Source of the DNA: Mobula hypostoma
Taxonomy: Eukaryota
NCBI RefSeq assembly: GCF_963921235.1
Contig: NC_086108.1
Location: forward strand, 103,914,001-103,978,000
DNA length: 64,000 nucleotides
Reading direction: 5' to 3'
This document shows positions 36,560 through 50,193 of this stretch, piece by piece. The translations under genes were made by a program, and so were the position numbers. Positions within the stretch are counted from its first letter, which is position 1. Every line of letters begins with the position of its first letter. The notes under the pieces were generated by a model, which worked only from the letters and a program-made list of their open reading frames with translations, was not told the origin of the DNA and did no database searches.

Positions 36560-39500
36560 TACATTGTGAAATTTGTTGTTTGTGGCAGCATCACAGTGCA
36601 AGACATAAAAATGACTATAAGTTAAAATAAATATATAAAAAAATAGTGCAGAAAGATAGCAAAATAGTGGGGTAGTGTTCATGGGTAAGTAGATCATTCA
36701 GAAATCTTGTGAGGTCCGGACAAGAGTAAAAAGAATTCTAGAGAGTTTCTCTCCAGTCACTCCCACAAACCCTGTCCCATGGACTATCCTGGAAACTCCT
36801 GCATTATTCCTAGAGAATGACCTATATCAACACTTTCTATAACACAAACCCATGTCATCTACAAAAGCCAAGAAACATGAGTTATAAGAAAATTAATTTA
36901 CTTTCTTTTCCACACCAATTTGGCAAGTGCGGATTTTATTTGGTACTGTCTAGTGATATTGTGAATCCTGTAAGGGTGGATTTCCATATTGTGGAAATAT
37001 CCAAACACTTTTACGGATCTCAGCAGTGCTGCTGGAACAGTGAAATCAACATGATTCTGCAGAATTGCTGGTAAATTATTGGACTACAGATTAGAATTCA
37101 GAGGTTCAAGCAAAGATCTGGAATTCAGATCTGGTAAATTCAAATCTAAATCATCAAATTAGGATTACAAAATAAAGTGGCCCGGTAGCATAGCATTTAA
37201 CATAAGGCTTTAATTGTCAGCGACACAGGTTCAATTCCCACCAATGCCTGTACGGAGTTTGTATGTTCTGCCAGTGACCACATGGGTTTCCTCTGGGTGC
37301 TCCGGTTTCCTCCCACAGTCCGAAGGTGTACGGGAAGGAAACCGGAGTATCCGGAACATGGGTGTAATTGGGCAGCACAGGCTTATTAGGCTAGAAGGAC
37401 CTGTTACCGCACTGTATCAATAAATAAATAAAATGCTAATTAAGTTATCAAAATGTATTGCAGTAAACAATTGGTATCATTAGTCATGAGCAAAAACAGT
37501 GTTAAAAATTACTCAGACTTTAATACCTTCCATGGTGCAGAAGCTGTCATCTAGGTTCAGTTTGAACAATTCAGTAGCATAGCAGTTAACGTAACGCTTT
37601 ACAGTACCAGCGACTGCAATCGGGGTTCAATTCCTGCCACTCTCTGTGAGGCGTTTGTACGTTCTGCTGTGACCATGTGTGTTTCCTCCGGATGCTCTGG
37701 TATCCTCATGTGTTCCAAAGACATTCAGTACGGGTTGGCATTAGTAAGTTCTGGGCATGCTATGGTGGCAGCAGAAACGTGGCAACCCTGGGTGGGCTGC
37801 CCCAAACCCATTCTCAGATTGTGTTGGTCGTTGATGCAGACAACTCATTTCACTGCATGGTTCCTAAAGCCAATCTCTATATCCAGTCCGACATAAGACC
37901 ATAAAGAGACAAGGGCAAAATTTGACAATTCAGCCTTCTCCGCCATTTCATCATGGCTGATTTATTAACCCTCTCAACCCTATTCTCCTGCCTTCTCCCC
38001 ATGACCTTTGATGTCCTTACTGATGAAGGACCTATCAACCTCCGCTTTAAATATACTGAATGACTTGGCCTCCACAGCTGTCTGTAGCAATAAATTCCAC
38101 AGATTCACTACCGGCTGGCTAAAGAAATTCCTCCTCATCACTGTTCTAAAGGGATGTCCTATTCTGAGGCTGTGGCCTCTGGTCCTAGCCTACACCACGA
38201 TAGAAAATGTCCTCTCCACGTCTACTTTATCTAGGCCTTTTAATATTCAATCATTTTCAATGAGATCCCCCTCTCATTCTTCTAAACTCCAGCGAGTACA
38301 GACCCAGAGCTATCAATCGCTTTGTGTGTTAACCCTTTCATTCCCAGAATCATTCTCCTAGAATTGAACTTGTACTCTCTCCAATGCCAGCACATTAGTT
38401 CTGCTATAAGAACTATAAAATGCTCCCAATACTGCAAGCAAAGTCTGTCCAATGTCTGATAAAGCCTCACATTGGTGGGTGACCGTTATACATGTATAAC
38501 AATCGTACAAGTTATAAAACATGTGCAACTGCAGACCCTCCAAACTGATTGACCCTTAATTACCCTCTGAAATGGCCATTCAAGCCACCTGGAGCAGAAG
38601 ACAATTTGCATTGCATATTAATGGTCCTACCTGTGATGGCCACAAACCATGAACAAATAAATGATTTGGTAGGTTCACACTGGAAATGCATGTTTGGCAC
38701 AAATAATAATGGATGCCCAATGGCAGTTGAATAAACTCCAGGTATTTGACCATGAATGGATATGTGGGTGGAGAGTGTCGCTAACTTTAAACTCCTTGGC
38801 ATTATCATTTCAGAGGATCTAGGACCAGCATGTATTACAAAGAAGGCATGACAGAGCCTCTATTTTCTTAGAAGTTTGCGTAGATTTATCTAAAACTTTG
38901 ACAAACTTCTATGGATGCCCAGTGGAGAGTATTCTGACTGGTTGCATCACAGGCTCGTATGGAGACAGCAATGCCCTAGAATAGAAAAGCCTGCAAAAAT
39001 GGTGGATGCAGCGCAGTCGATCCCAGTCAAACCATTGAGCACATCTATAAGGAATGCTGACACAAGAAAGCAGCATCAATTATCAAAAACCCCACCATCC
39101 AGGCCAAGCTATTTTCACACTGCTACTTCAGGAAGGAGGCACAGGAACTTGACCTCCTTCCTGAAGCCACCACCAGGTTCAGGAACAGTTATTATCCCTC
39201 AACCATCAGGTTCCTGAATCAGTGTGGATGACTTCACTCACCTCAACACTGAACTGATTCCACAACCTATGAACTCACTTTGATGATCTCAGCATTATTT
39301 TTTTTAATTATTTGTTTTTAAATGCACAGTTTGTATTTGTCTGCAGTCTTTGTTTTGTGTAGTTTTTCATTGATTCAATTGTACTTCTTTGTTCTGCTGT
39401 GAATGCCTGAAAGAAAATGAATCTCAGGGTTGTATATGGTGACGTACATGTATTTTGATCATAAATTTACTTTGAACTTGGAGAGTGTACAGAAGAGTGC

Positions 39501-39772
39501 CTGGTGTCCATGAGGCTATACATCAATGCAACTGGTTCCATTCATGTAAAGGGTGGTGATGGGAAATATTTCATCTTTACATAGAAGTCATCTGGTCACT
39601 CTGTGTACTACTTGAGCAACTGCCCTCACTAGATGTCAAACAAAAGTTTGCCTTGGGGTTGACAGGGTAAAATGCTTTCTCCTGGAGAATAAATATTTGA
39701 CGTGTGGTCAAGGGATGAAATTTTAACGTAGACTGTCTTTACCCCACTGCCTACCCTCCTCTCCCAAAATAG

Positions 39773-39976
39773 TTACTCGATGATGAACCAACCAACTCTG
39801 CGAAAGCAGCCTCTGGTTCTGATGATGTGCATTGTCCGCGCAAACTGGAAATCAACTTTGAGGAGCTTTTGAAGCAGAGGATGGAGGAGGAGAAACGGCG
39901 ATCTGAAGAGGAGCGACGGCAGAAGCTAGAACAGGAGAAACAGGAATTTGAGCAGCTGCGGCAGGAGATGGGAGAG
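39773..39976 (+). CDS. NEXN: Nexilin coding exon G (204 nt, phase 0-0)
   Basis: aaatag acceptor and gtgggt donor. Encodes LLDDEP...[48 protein letters not shown]. Confidence 0.95.
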
Positions 39977-40009
39977 GTGGGTAAAGTCTTAGCCTTCTGC
40001 CCTTTACGC

Positions 40010-40375
40010 CATTGGCATTTGGGGCAGTAGTGAAAGTACTCCATCTTTGGCAGTGTTCAGGGCTTCCTTCATTGTGTCAGTGGCTCCCTCTTGGTTTTCA
40101 CCACTGTAAACCATGCAAATCCTGGGTGGAGACTCAGGAATACCGTTTTATTCAGAAGTAGAAGGATTCTTCATTGCTGTTTCTGTAACTTTTTTTTTGA
40201 TCAGTCAGGATTGTTAGCCCTGAGCAGTAGTCCACTCTTGGTCTTGCCTTGTCTTTAACCTTTGACCTGTTTGTCATAGGTGACCCTACCAAGAGCCAAA
40301 GCATAAAGCCCTGACTCCAGCCAACATAGCTCCCCGGGTCATTGAGGCACACAGGCCTCCAAACCACGACAGGGG
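40010..40375 (-). mobile_element. Non-coding interspersed repeat resembling an RTE/Expander 5' UTR derivative
   Basis: A second copy lies at about 31005-31330. The reverse complement contains GTCGTGGTTTGGAGG...GGAGCTATGTTG...GGTAGGGTCACC...CAAACAGGTC, which resembles recalled fish Expander/Rex3 leaders. Confidence 0.55.
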
Positions 40376-41214
40376 TTTTGGATAAAGTTTGCACTTGCAT
40401 AAATGGATCAAAGATGCACTTTGTTTGGCATATGCACTCTCCCCATGACTGCATGGGTTTCCTCTGGGTGCTCTGATTTTATTTCCCACATTCCAAAGAA
40501 TTATGGGTTAGTAGGCTAATTAGTCACATGGGTGTAATCAGGTGGTGCTGGTTCACTGAGCCAGAGGGGCCTCTACAATGCTGTATATGTAATAGTTACA
40601 TATTACTATTTAACTATTTATGGTTTTCTTACTATTTAATTATTTATGGTGCAACTGTAACGAAAAACAATTTCCCCCGAGATCAATAAAGTATGACTAC
40701 GACTATGATCTCTAAAACTAAATGTACTAGGAATTTGCTGTGGTTCATTGATGCAACTAAAACAACACTGAATAATTATAAAAATTAAAACACATAAAAT
40801 AAACTTGTATTTTATAAAAACTAATTCAAGTTTATTGTTAACTTCCTGCTGTGCCCAGGGAATGGTATTCAGAGAATGGTGCCCAGGTTTTTTTGCATTT
40901 TGGATGTGGACTTGGACTATAGACTTTTATTGGTCTTGTAGTTTCTTTTCTATTCTCTGTTTTTTGCCTGATCTTTCTCATTTTTCTGTGCAGGTGGAGG
41001 GGGTTTGGGGGTTGATGATGGTGCTGCCTTTTTTGGTTTCATGGTTACCTGGAGAAGAAAGATTTCAGAGTTGTATACTTTGATAATAAATTAACCTATG
41101 AACTAATAGAGGTTAAAGTACAGATATGGAATAAAATGCACATAACTACATAAATACCAGCATGTATTTACAATACAAACAGTGGATTAAAGTGTTTACA
41201 GTGCAGTTCAGTGC

Positions 41215-41960
41215 ATAATAGACAAAGGGTGCAGGAGCAGGCCATTCGGCCCTTCGAGCCAGCACCTCCATTCACTGTGATCATGGCTGATCATCCACAA
41301 TCAGTACCCCGTTCCTGCCTTCTCCCCATACCCCTTGACTCCGCTATCATTAAGAGCTCTATCTAACTCTTTCTTGAAAGCATCCAGAGAATTGACCTCC
41401 ACTGCCTTCTGAGGCAGAGCATTCCAAAGATCCACAACTCTCTGGGTGAAAAAGTTTTTCCTCAACTCCGTTCTAAATGGCCTACCCCTTATTCTCAAAT
41501 TGTGGCCTCTGGTTCTGGACTCCCCCAACATGGGGAACATGTTTCCTGCCTCTAATGTGTCCAATCCTTTAATAATCTTGTATGTTTCAATCAGATCCCC
41601 TCTCATCCTTCTAAATTCCAGTGTATACAAGCCCAGTCGCTCCAACCTTTCAACATATGACAGTCCCACCATCCTGGGAATTAACCTTGTGAACCTACGC
41701 TGCACTCCCTCAATGGCTAGAATGTCCTTCCTCAAATTTGGAGACCAAAACTGTACACAGTACTCCAGGTGTGGTCTCACCAGGGCCCTGTACAACTGCA
41801 GAAGGACCTCTTTGCTCCTATACTCAACTCCCCTTGTTATGAAGGCCAACATGCCATTAGCTTTCTTCCTGCCTGCTGTACCTGCATGCTTACTTTCAGT
41901 GACTGATGAACAAGGACATCAAGATCTCGTTGTACTTCCCCTTTTCCTAACTTGACACCA
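41215..41960 (-). mobile_element. Well-preserved CR1-type LINE 3' fragment
   Basis: ORF 41301-41852 encodes [19 protein letters not shown]...FFTQRVVDLWNALP. Confidence 0.9.
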
Positions 41961-43732
41961 TTTTTTAAAATCGCCCGATAACGGTTTCCAGAAGGGAGCT
42001 TTTGGAAAAGACGGTTTGGTTTGCAGGGTCGGTAGTATCTGCAACAATTTTTCCTGCTTCTTTGTCTTGCTGCCTCTTCCCCAGGGCACCACTGCTCAAT
42101 ACAAGGGGACATGGCTTTAAGGTAAGGGGTGGGAAGTTCAAGGGGGATATTAGAGGAAGGTTTTTTACTCAGAGAGGGGTTGGTGCATGGGATGCACTGC
42201 CTGAGTCAATGGTAGAGGCAGATACACTAGTGAAATTTAAGAGACTACTAGACAGGTATATGGAGGAATTTAAAGTGGGGGTTATATGGGAGGCAGGGTT
42301 TGAGGGTCGGCACAACATTGTGGGCTGAAGGGCCTATACGGCGCTGTACTGTTCTATGGACACATACAAGCTGTGCAGTGATGGTAGACTGCAGCCATTT
42401 GCTTTTATTTATTGAGATACAGCATGGAATAGGAACATACAGACATGGATTAGAGAACATACAAACTCCTTACAGGCAGTGGCGAGAATTGAACCCAAGA
42501 TGCCTGTGATGTAAAGCATTGTGCTAACCAATATGCTAGCGTCCCACCCTCAAAGTTTTCATTATTCTTACACTACTTATCCACCCCCGCCCCCCCACCA
42601 CTATCTTTACCCCACTTGCGCTGTGTATACAGAGGGTGAGGTAAGTCTTTTGCAGCGTCGAGCTTCAGCACCCATGTTCTATGTGAACTGTGTGCAATTC
42701 TGATTTTAGTTTGAGACCATAAGACACAGGAGCAGAATTTGGCCATTCAACCCACTGAGTTTGCTCTGCCATTCCATTATGACTAATTATTATTCCTCTC
42801 ATCCCCATTGCCCTGCCTTCTCCCCGTAACCTTTGATGCCTCGACTTATTAAGAACCTATTAACTTCCACCTTAATTATACCTAATGACTTGGGCTCCAC
42901 AGTTGTCTGTGGCAATGAATTCCACAGATTCACCACCTGACCTTTCATCATAGCTGACACCTAAAGAATGATTAAAGATGAAATGTTATAGTGAAGGTCA
43001 GGGCTGAGGAATCAAGAAATTGAGGACAGGTTTAGAGTCCAAAGGGAGAGGCCCAAGAAGAACCTGAGGGGCAATGTTTTCTACCCAGTGGATGGTCCAT
43101 ATCAGGAATGAGCTTTTGGAGGAAGTGGACGTGCGAGATACATTCATCATCATCTATGTGCCATGCTGTATGAGATGGGCGAACATGGTCTTTCCAGGAG
43201 CATGATTGTTCCTGGCAAATTTTTCCTGCAGAAGTGGCTTGCCATAGCCACCTTCTGGGCAGTATCTTTACAAGAGGGTGACCCCAGCCATTATCAATAC
43301 TCTTCGGAGACTGACCGCCTGGCATCAGTGGCTGCATTACCAGGATTTGTGACGTGCACCAGAGCTCATGCGACCATCCACCACCTGCTCCCAAGGCTTC
43401 ATGTGACCCTGATTAGGGGGCGCTAAACAGGTGCTACACCTTTCCCAAGGGTGACCTACAGGCTAGTGGAGGTAAGGAGTGCCTTACACCTCCTTTGGTA
43501 GAGCTGTATCTCCACCCCACAACCCAGCAGGTACATTAACAACATTTAAGGTGCTTAGACAGGTACATGGATAGGAAAGGTGTAGAGAGATGTGGGCCAA
43601 ATGGGATTAGCTTAGATGGGCACCATAGATGAGCACCATAGATGAGCTGAAGGGCCTATTTCTGTGCTCTATGCAATCAGACATAGCAATCACAACTCAT
43701 AAATTCATCCTTCTGATTTTTTTTCCCCTCAG

Positions 43733-43954
43733 GATGAAATCAATGAAACAACTGAGATTATCAGTACAGAGTATGAAGAGCTGAAAAATCTGAAAAGAAC
43801 GGGCTCTATTCAGGCCAAGAATTTGAAGTCCAAATTTGAAAAGATTGGCAAGTTGTCAGAAGAAGAAATACAGAAGAAAGTGGAAGATGAGAGGGCCAGA
43901 AGGAGAGCAGAAGATCTAGAAATAAAGGAAAGGGAGTCGGAGCGATTCAGAGAG
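43733..43954 (+). CDS. NEXN: Nexilin coding exon H (222 nt, phase 0-0)
   Basis: ttttcccctcag acceptor and gtaacc donor. Encodes [74 protein letters not shown]. Confidence 0.96.
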
Positions 43955-46900
43955 GTAACCTTCACTCTCTGGGGCAAACTGATTTCACGATAAGAACCTT
44001 TGCATTTAGAAATATTTTTAATTCTGTTCACTGTCAGGAGGGAAGCGGGAGATCAGCTGAATATTTCATTTATTTCCTGTGTAAATTTTACTGCTGAATT
44101 TAAAAACGGTTTATGTAATAACACCCGATCTATTCAAAACTGACCTCGCACAAATGTTATAGGTCTACAGAATAAGCCCCCACTGTTTTGGGAATTAGAA
44201 TTGGTTTATTATTGTCACGTGTACCACAATACAGTGAAAAGCTTGTCTTGCATACTCTTCATACAGATGAAATCATTACCCAGTGCATTGAGGTAGAACA
44301 AGATACAACAATGCAGATTAAAGTGTAAAAACTACTGGAAAAAGTGCAGGTAAATGATAAAATGCAAGATCATAACAAGATAGATTGTGAGGTCAGTAGT
44401 CCATCTCATCATACAAGAGGTCCATTCAAAAGTCTGATAACAGTGGGATAGAAGCTACTCTTGAGCCTGGTGGTAAGTGCTTTCTGGCTTTTGTATTTTC
44501 TGCCTGATGGAAGAGGGAAGAAGGTGGGTGGGGTCTTTGATTCTGCTGGCTGCTTTACTGAGGCCACCAGAATTATAAACTGAGTCTCGGGGGGAGTACA
44601 GGTTCCTGTGATGTGCTGAGCAGTGTCCACAGCTCTCTACAGTTTCTTGCAGTCACATGCAGAGCTGATCTGGCTGTGGACTCAGCTCCACCTACCTGCC
44701 TTTTCCCCATAACCCTTGATCCTCTGACTATACAGAACTCAATCTGACCGTGAACTTGCACTTGTACTCCATAAGAATGGACAAATTAGGAACAAGTTCA
44801 CATCCCATTTGGCAGGTGGGGAATTATCATTCAATTCAAGTTGTGGAGTTGAACAGTACAGAAATGGGCCATTCAGCCCACTACATCATGCTAACCCTTT
44901 TGTCCATTTACATTAATATCATTTCCCTGCATTGGGTCTATATCCTTTGCCTTGTCTATTTAGATGACTCTCTAAATGCTTTCTAACCATAGTAACTGCA
45001 TCTGATTCCACATCCTCTGGCAGTACATTCCAGATACAGTACCACCCAAAGAGCAAATTTATACTTGCATACGGTGGAAAGCATGCTGACTGTGTTAATG
45101 TCTGATGTGGAGGTGCCAACGCACAGGATCAGAGGATTGTTGACTCAGCCAGCTCCATCGTGGGCATTAACCACCATCAAGGACATCTTCAATAGGTGAT
45201 GACCCAGGAAGGTGGCATCCATCATTAAGGACCCTCACCACCCAGAGCACGTTCTCTTCTCATTGTTACCATCAGGGTGATGGTACAGGAGGCTGAAGGC
45301 ACACACTCAACATTTTAGGATGTACCATGGAAAGCATTCTAGCTGGCTGCATTGCCATCTAGTATGGGGGTTGGGGGGCACTGCCCGGGATCGAAGTAAG
45401 CTGCAGAAAGTTGAAAGCTCAGTTAGCTCCATCGAGAGCACTAGCCTCCCCAGCATTAAGGACATCTTCAAGGAGCAATGCCTCAAAAATGCAGCATCCA
45501 TCTTCAAGGACCACCATCACACGGGACATGTCCTCTTCTCATTGCTGTCATCAGGGAGGAAGTACAGGAGCCTAAAGACACACACTCAATGATTCAGGAA
45601 CAGCTTCTTCCCCTCTGCCATCTGATTTCTGAATGGACCACGAACCCATGAACACTACCTCACTACTTTTTTTTAGCACTAATATATGTTAAAAGTTAAA
45701 TTAAATATATAATATACTGTAATTCACAATAACATATTACAATATGCTGCTGCCACACCTGATTCTGTTTGCTTAATATTCCAGCTGCAACTCCCATCTG
45801 AAGACAGTTTAAAGTAGATAATGCACTGGGAATGTACTATGATATCAAAAAACAAATTGCACAAGCTGAAATTTAGTTCTCTTGCTGTTCCTCACCAATT
45901 GCCTAATTGATTTCTTCACTGCCTATCCATGGGCAGCTGCTTCTCAGCTTAATTCTTCAAAAAGAAAATGCTCCCAGCAAGTTCAGAATAGTGGATTTTC
46001 CAGATTTCCAGACAAAACTAATCCAGGATGATGATTTGAGTATATTGAACAGGTGGCATGGTGGAGCGATGTACAGTGCCAGTGACCGGGGTTCAATTCC
46101 CACCACTGTCTGTAAAGAGTTTGTAAGTTCTTCTCTGTGACCACGTGGATTTCCTCCAGGTTCCAAAGACACTGGAGTTAGGAACAGGAGAAGGGGCAAA
46201 GGTGGTTACTGGTGCCTTAAAACCAGTCATTTCAGGCAGATGGGGCTCATCAGCCATGGTTAGCAGCTCATCTAGGAGAAGGAAAACTCTGATCTCAAAT
46301 CTTCTCTGCCTTCTGGTTAGACACACTCATGGGGAAGGCTTTGGGAGTAAACCTCAAAGGAAAAATCTGGAGCTGGAGTCCTTCGGACAGTTCTACATTG
46401 AGTTTAACGCTGACTGGCAACCCTGTGACACTGCTGGTGCCAGACTGTATCGGTCTCTTATGTTTCTTTGGGCTCATCAGATGGGTGGAAAAGTGGAGCT
46501 TGCTACATGTGCAACAGGTTGCTCTCCATATTGTATTGCCCTTGCTTGCGTACCTAGATGGCCAGGACTCAACGTCCATGGTTGACCCTGACCGACAGAG
46601 GCCTCACAGTGGGTTGGTAAGTTGAGGGCATGCCACGTTGATACTGGAATCATGGTGACACATACAGACTGCCCCACCATATATTCAGACTGTGTTGGCC
46701 ATTGATGCAAGCAAGACATTTCACTGTGTTTTGACATACATTTGACAAATAAAGCTGATCTTAAGATAACATTTTCTTCATGCTCGCAGGGCAATATAGA
46801 AAATCAAAAGGAACTCAAGATAATTGTTTTTAGTTGGAACATAGAACTAGTTCGACCCATGATGTTGTGCCGACCTTTTAACCTACTCTAAGATCAATCT

Positions 46901-47571
46901 AACTCTTCCCTCCTACACAGCCATTTTCTACTGTCTGATAGAAAAATGCTATATTAACGGTAAGGAGCTTTGGACATGAATCTCGTGAAAAGCCTTGTGT
47001 CAATTTCATATACTGAAAGTGATAGTTCTTCAGCATGATTCCCGATACCTAATTATAAATGAACAGAAGATTGAACTGCCATCTCCAGGTTGGCCCAGAG
47101 CAGACTCTGTGTTTTTAGTTATCTTTCACGTCTTCATCTTCCCTGACATTTACTGTAAAAGGTTCACTAGTCCCACACTGAATTCTATTATGTTTCTGTT
47201 TCCCAAGAAATATGATTATATATCCTGCTAAACACCTTTTTCTCAGTTCATTACATTGAGTAACGTTAATACTATATAACACACACGAAATGCTGGAGGA
47301 ACTCAGCACGTCAGGCAGTGTCTATGGAACACAGAACATTCAATGTTATGGCACAGTCCAGGTCCTTTGATCTACAATGTTGTGCTGACTTTTTAACCCA
47401 CTCGAAGATCAATCTACCCCTTCCCTCCTACATAGCCGTCCATTTCTCCATCATCCATGTGCCTGTCTCTGAGGGTTGAAATGCAGGTTCACTTTGGACA
47501 AATAGTTCAAGCAAAAGTTTGAGTCCTTTGCAGCACAAAATACTGATTCAATAATATTTCATACTTTGCAG

Positions 47572-47757
47572 GATGAAACAGAGGAAGTAAAGGAGCCCAA
47601 GCGAAACAATCCTCCATTTACTCACAAGGTGGACATGCGAGCACGCTTTGAGCAAATGGCTAAAGCCAGAGAGGACGAGGAAAGGAGAAGAATCGAAGAA
47701 CAGAAACGTCAACGGATGCAATTTGAGCAGAAGGAAATAGATGCAGCCTTGCAAAAG
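47572..47757 (+). CDS. NEXN: Nexilin coding exon I (186 nt, phase 0-0)
   Basis: tttgcag acceptor and gtatat donor. Encodes ...[49 protein letters not shown]. Confidence 0.96.
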
Positions 47758-49108
47758 GTATATCGCATGTAATTTCCAAAAGAAATAATTCAGATTTAAC
47801 ATCCTGCAGAATGAAAGATAAAACCTTTTGGCTGCCCTCCGTAACAGAATAGTTCAAGTTCTTGCAAGATTCTTGATAGGATGGTGTGATTTGAAATGTT
47901 TCTGTTTATTGGGAAAGCCAAAACACAACTGAATCACGAATAAATCAAGCTGAAATAAGTAGACAGAGTGGACATGGAGAAGAGGCCTAATCATTGGGTT
48001 TATTTAAACTGGAGATTGATAGATTTCAGATTAGTAAGGGTGTCAAAGGTTACGGGGAGATGGCAGGAGAATGGGGTTGAGAGGAATAATACATCAACCA
48101 TGATGGAATGGCAGAGCAGACTTGATGGGCTGAATGGCCTAATTCTGGTCCTATGTCTTATGGTCTTACAGAAATTCAGAATAAAACTTTTATCCAGAAT
48201 AGTCACAATAGAAAACTTGTTATCACAAAAACTATGAGTCCAATAGTTCAGTTGCATTATAGGGTAAGATAGATAAACATAGAACATAGAAATCTACAGC
48301 ACGATACAGGCCCTATGGCCCACAACATTCTGCTGGACATGTAACCTACTCTACAGACTGCCTAGAATTTCCCTAGCGCATAGTCCTCTATTTTTCTAAG
48401 TTCCATGTACCTAAGAGGCTCTTAAAAGACCCTATTGTATCCGCTTCCACCACCGCCGGCAGTGCATTCCACGCACCCACCACTCTGTGGAAAAACTTAC
48501 CCCTGACATCCCCTCGGTACCTATTTCCAAGAACCTTAAAACTATGCCTCTTCGTGTTGGCCATTTCAGCCCTGGGAAAAAGCCTCTGGCTATCCACACG
48601 ATCAATGCCCCTCATCATTTTATACACCTTTATCAGGTCACCTCTCACCGTCTGTCACTCCAAGGAGAAAAGGCTCAACCTATTCTCATAAGGTATGCCC
48701 TCCATTCCAGGCAACATCCTTGTAAATCTCCTCTGCATTCTCTCTATAGTATCCACATCCTTCCTGGAGTGAGGTGACCAGAATTGAACACAGTACTCCA
48801 ACTGGGATCTGGCCAAGATCTTGTATAGCTAGCTTATAAACTCAAATAGAAATTTTTCATGGATCAAATTCAGTTGAATGCACAAACAATTATGGTTTTA
48901 TGTGCAAAGCACAGAATGAACAATCCATTTTGTTCCTCAGCTACCTTCATTGTAATCAAGAAAAATTAATGATTTGATATATTTCAGAACACCTCAAGAT
49001 TAAGGGAGGCTTAATTTTTAACACTGGGTTTAAAAACTCAAACAATAAATTTGTGCAGGACGACCCAAAACATTAAATTAAAGAAGTTATCTCCTAATGT
49101 GTTTGTAG

Positions 49109-49486
49109 AAAGGAGATGAAGAGGAGGAGGAAGAGGAAGGAAGTATCGTCAATGGATCAACCTGTGAAGATGATGTGGATGAACTCATTCGATCTGGAGC
49201 TCCGTGGTTCAAGAAACCTCTCAAGAACACATCGGTTGTGGACGGTGAGCCAGTAAGGTTCACTGTGAAAATATTGGGCGAACCCGCACCGGAGATCACG
49301 TGGTGGTTCGAGGGAGAAATGCTACAGGACTGCGAGGATTATCAATACATTGAGAGGGGAGAAACGTATTGCCTTTACCTGCCCGAGACCTTTCCTGAAG
49401 ATGAAGGAGAATACATGTGTAAGGCTGTCAACACCAGAGGAACAGCTGCAAGCACCTGTATTCTCACCATTGAAAGTAAGAGTTAA
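49109..49486 (+). CDS. NEXN: Nexilin terminal coding exon with Ig I-set domain (read-through form ends TIESKS*)
   Basis: tttgtag acceptor. Encodes [18 protein letters not shown]...[25 protein letters not shown]...EITWWFEGE...[22 protein letters not shown]...[10 protein letters not shown], nearly identical to the recalled mammalian nexilin C-terminus. Confidence 0.97.
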   Translation, partial: KGDEEEEEEEGSIVNGSTCEDDVDELIRSGAPWFKKPLKNTSVVDGEPVRFTVKILGEPAPEITWWFEGEMLQDCEDYQYIERGETYCLYLPETFPEDEGEYMCKAVNTRGTAASTCILTIESKS

Positions 49487-49607
49487 ACTTGCGCACTACT
49501 TCTCTGAAAGTAAATTTGCAAACTCATCCACACACACAAAATTCTACACTTACCTTCTGCTACTATTTTTCAATATCAACTAATTCCCTTCCTTGATTCT
49601 TTTCTAG

Positions 49608-49621
49608 CTGATGACTTCTAA
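49608..49621 (+). CDS. NEXN: Alternative last coding segment of NEXN (TDDF*) after a 132-nt intron at 49476-49607
   Basis: Donor GAAA|gtaaga at 49476, CTAAT branch-like site and ttcttttctag acceptor. The splice gives A+CT GAT GAC TTC TAA, resembling the recalled mammalian isoform ending TIEMDDY. Confidence 0.85.
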
Positions 49622-50187
49622 ATCTCCTGGGATTTCCTTCCTGTCCTCAACCTTTACTACATCCATCTTTTCCTACTGAATGGGGCCAAAAATAAGTCAA
49701 ATCCTATTGCCCTTGGAAAAATTACTGTTGTGTTGATCGTCATTCCTTTAACGGTTACGTATAGACTACGGAAAATGCATGATGTTTACCTTCTGGTTTT
49801 ATTTGGTCAATTTTAATCTTTTAAAAATTTCTTGTGATATTCTTATTTACCAGATGCATTATATCTGTAATGTTGTTAAGTGGCACCCACTTATCAGTCT
49901 TGAGTCTATAAACTTTTTAAAGAACTGTAATCCATTGTTATCCTATTTACCAAAACTCTTAGTTGGGCCAACTGATTTACGAACCCAGCCGGAACTATCC
50001 ATTGTGAAAGCCAACTTACAAATGGCATGAAATAATATTTTTAGTTAAATACAGCATTGAAAGAACTCACTGGTATATTCAATTGTGGACATTGGTTTCT
50101 CCATATACAGAAAAAAGGATTTTTTGTAAAATTACTGTTTAAAAAAAAAATTACCACAAAGCCTTATGGACAGATGTTCCCTCTTGC

Positions 50188-50193
50188 AATAAA
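50188..50193 (+). terminator. Possible NEXN polyadenylation signal AATAAA
   Basis: First AATAAA I found downstream of the stop codons, in unique AT-rich sequence. The downstream element is not clearly GU-rich. Confidence 0.3.

Noticed and set aside
39977..39986. Alternative donor gtaaag at 39981 for exon G
   Set aside because: It adds 4 nt and breaks frame with exon H; the donor at 39977 keeps frame and homology.
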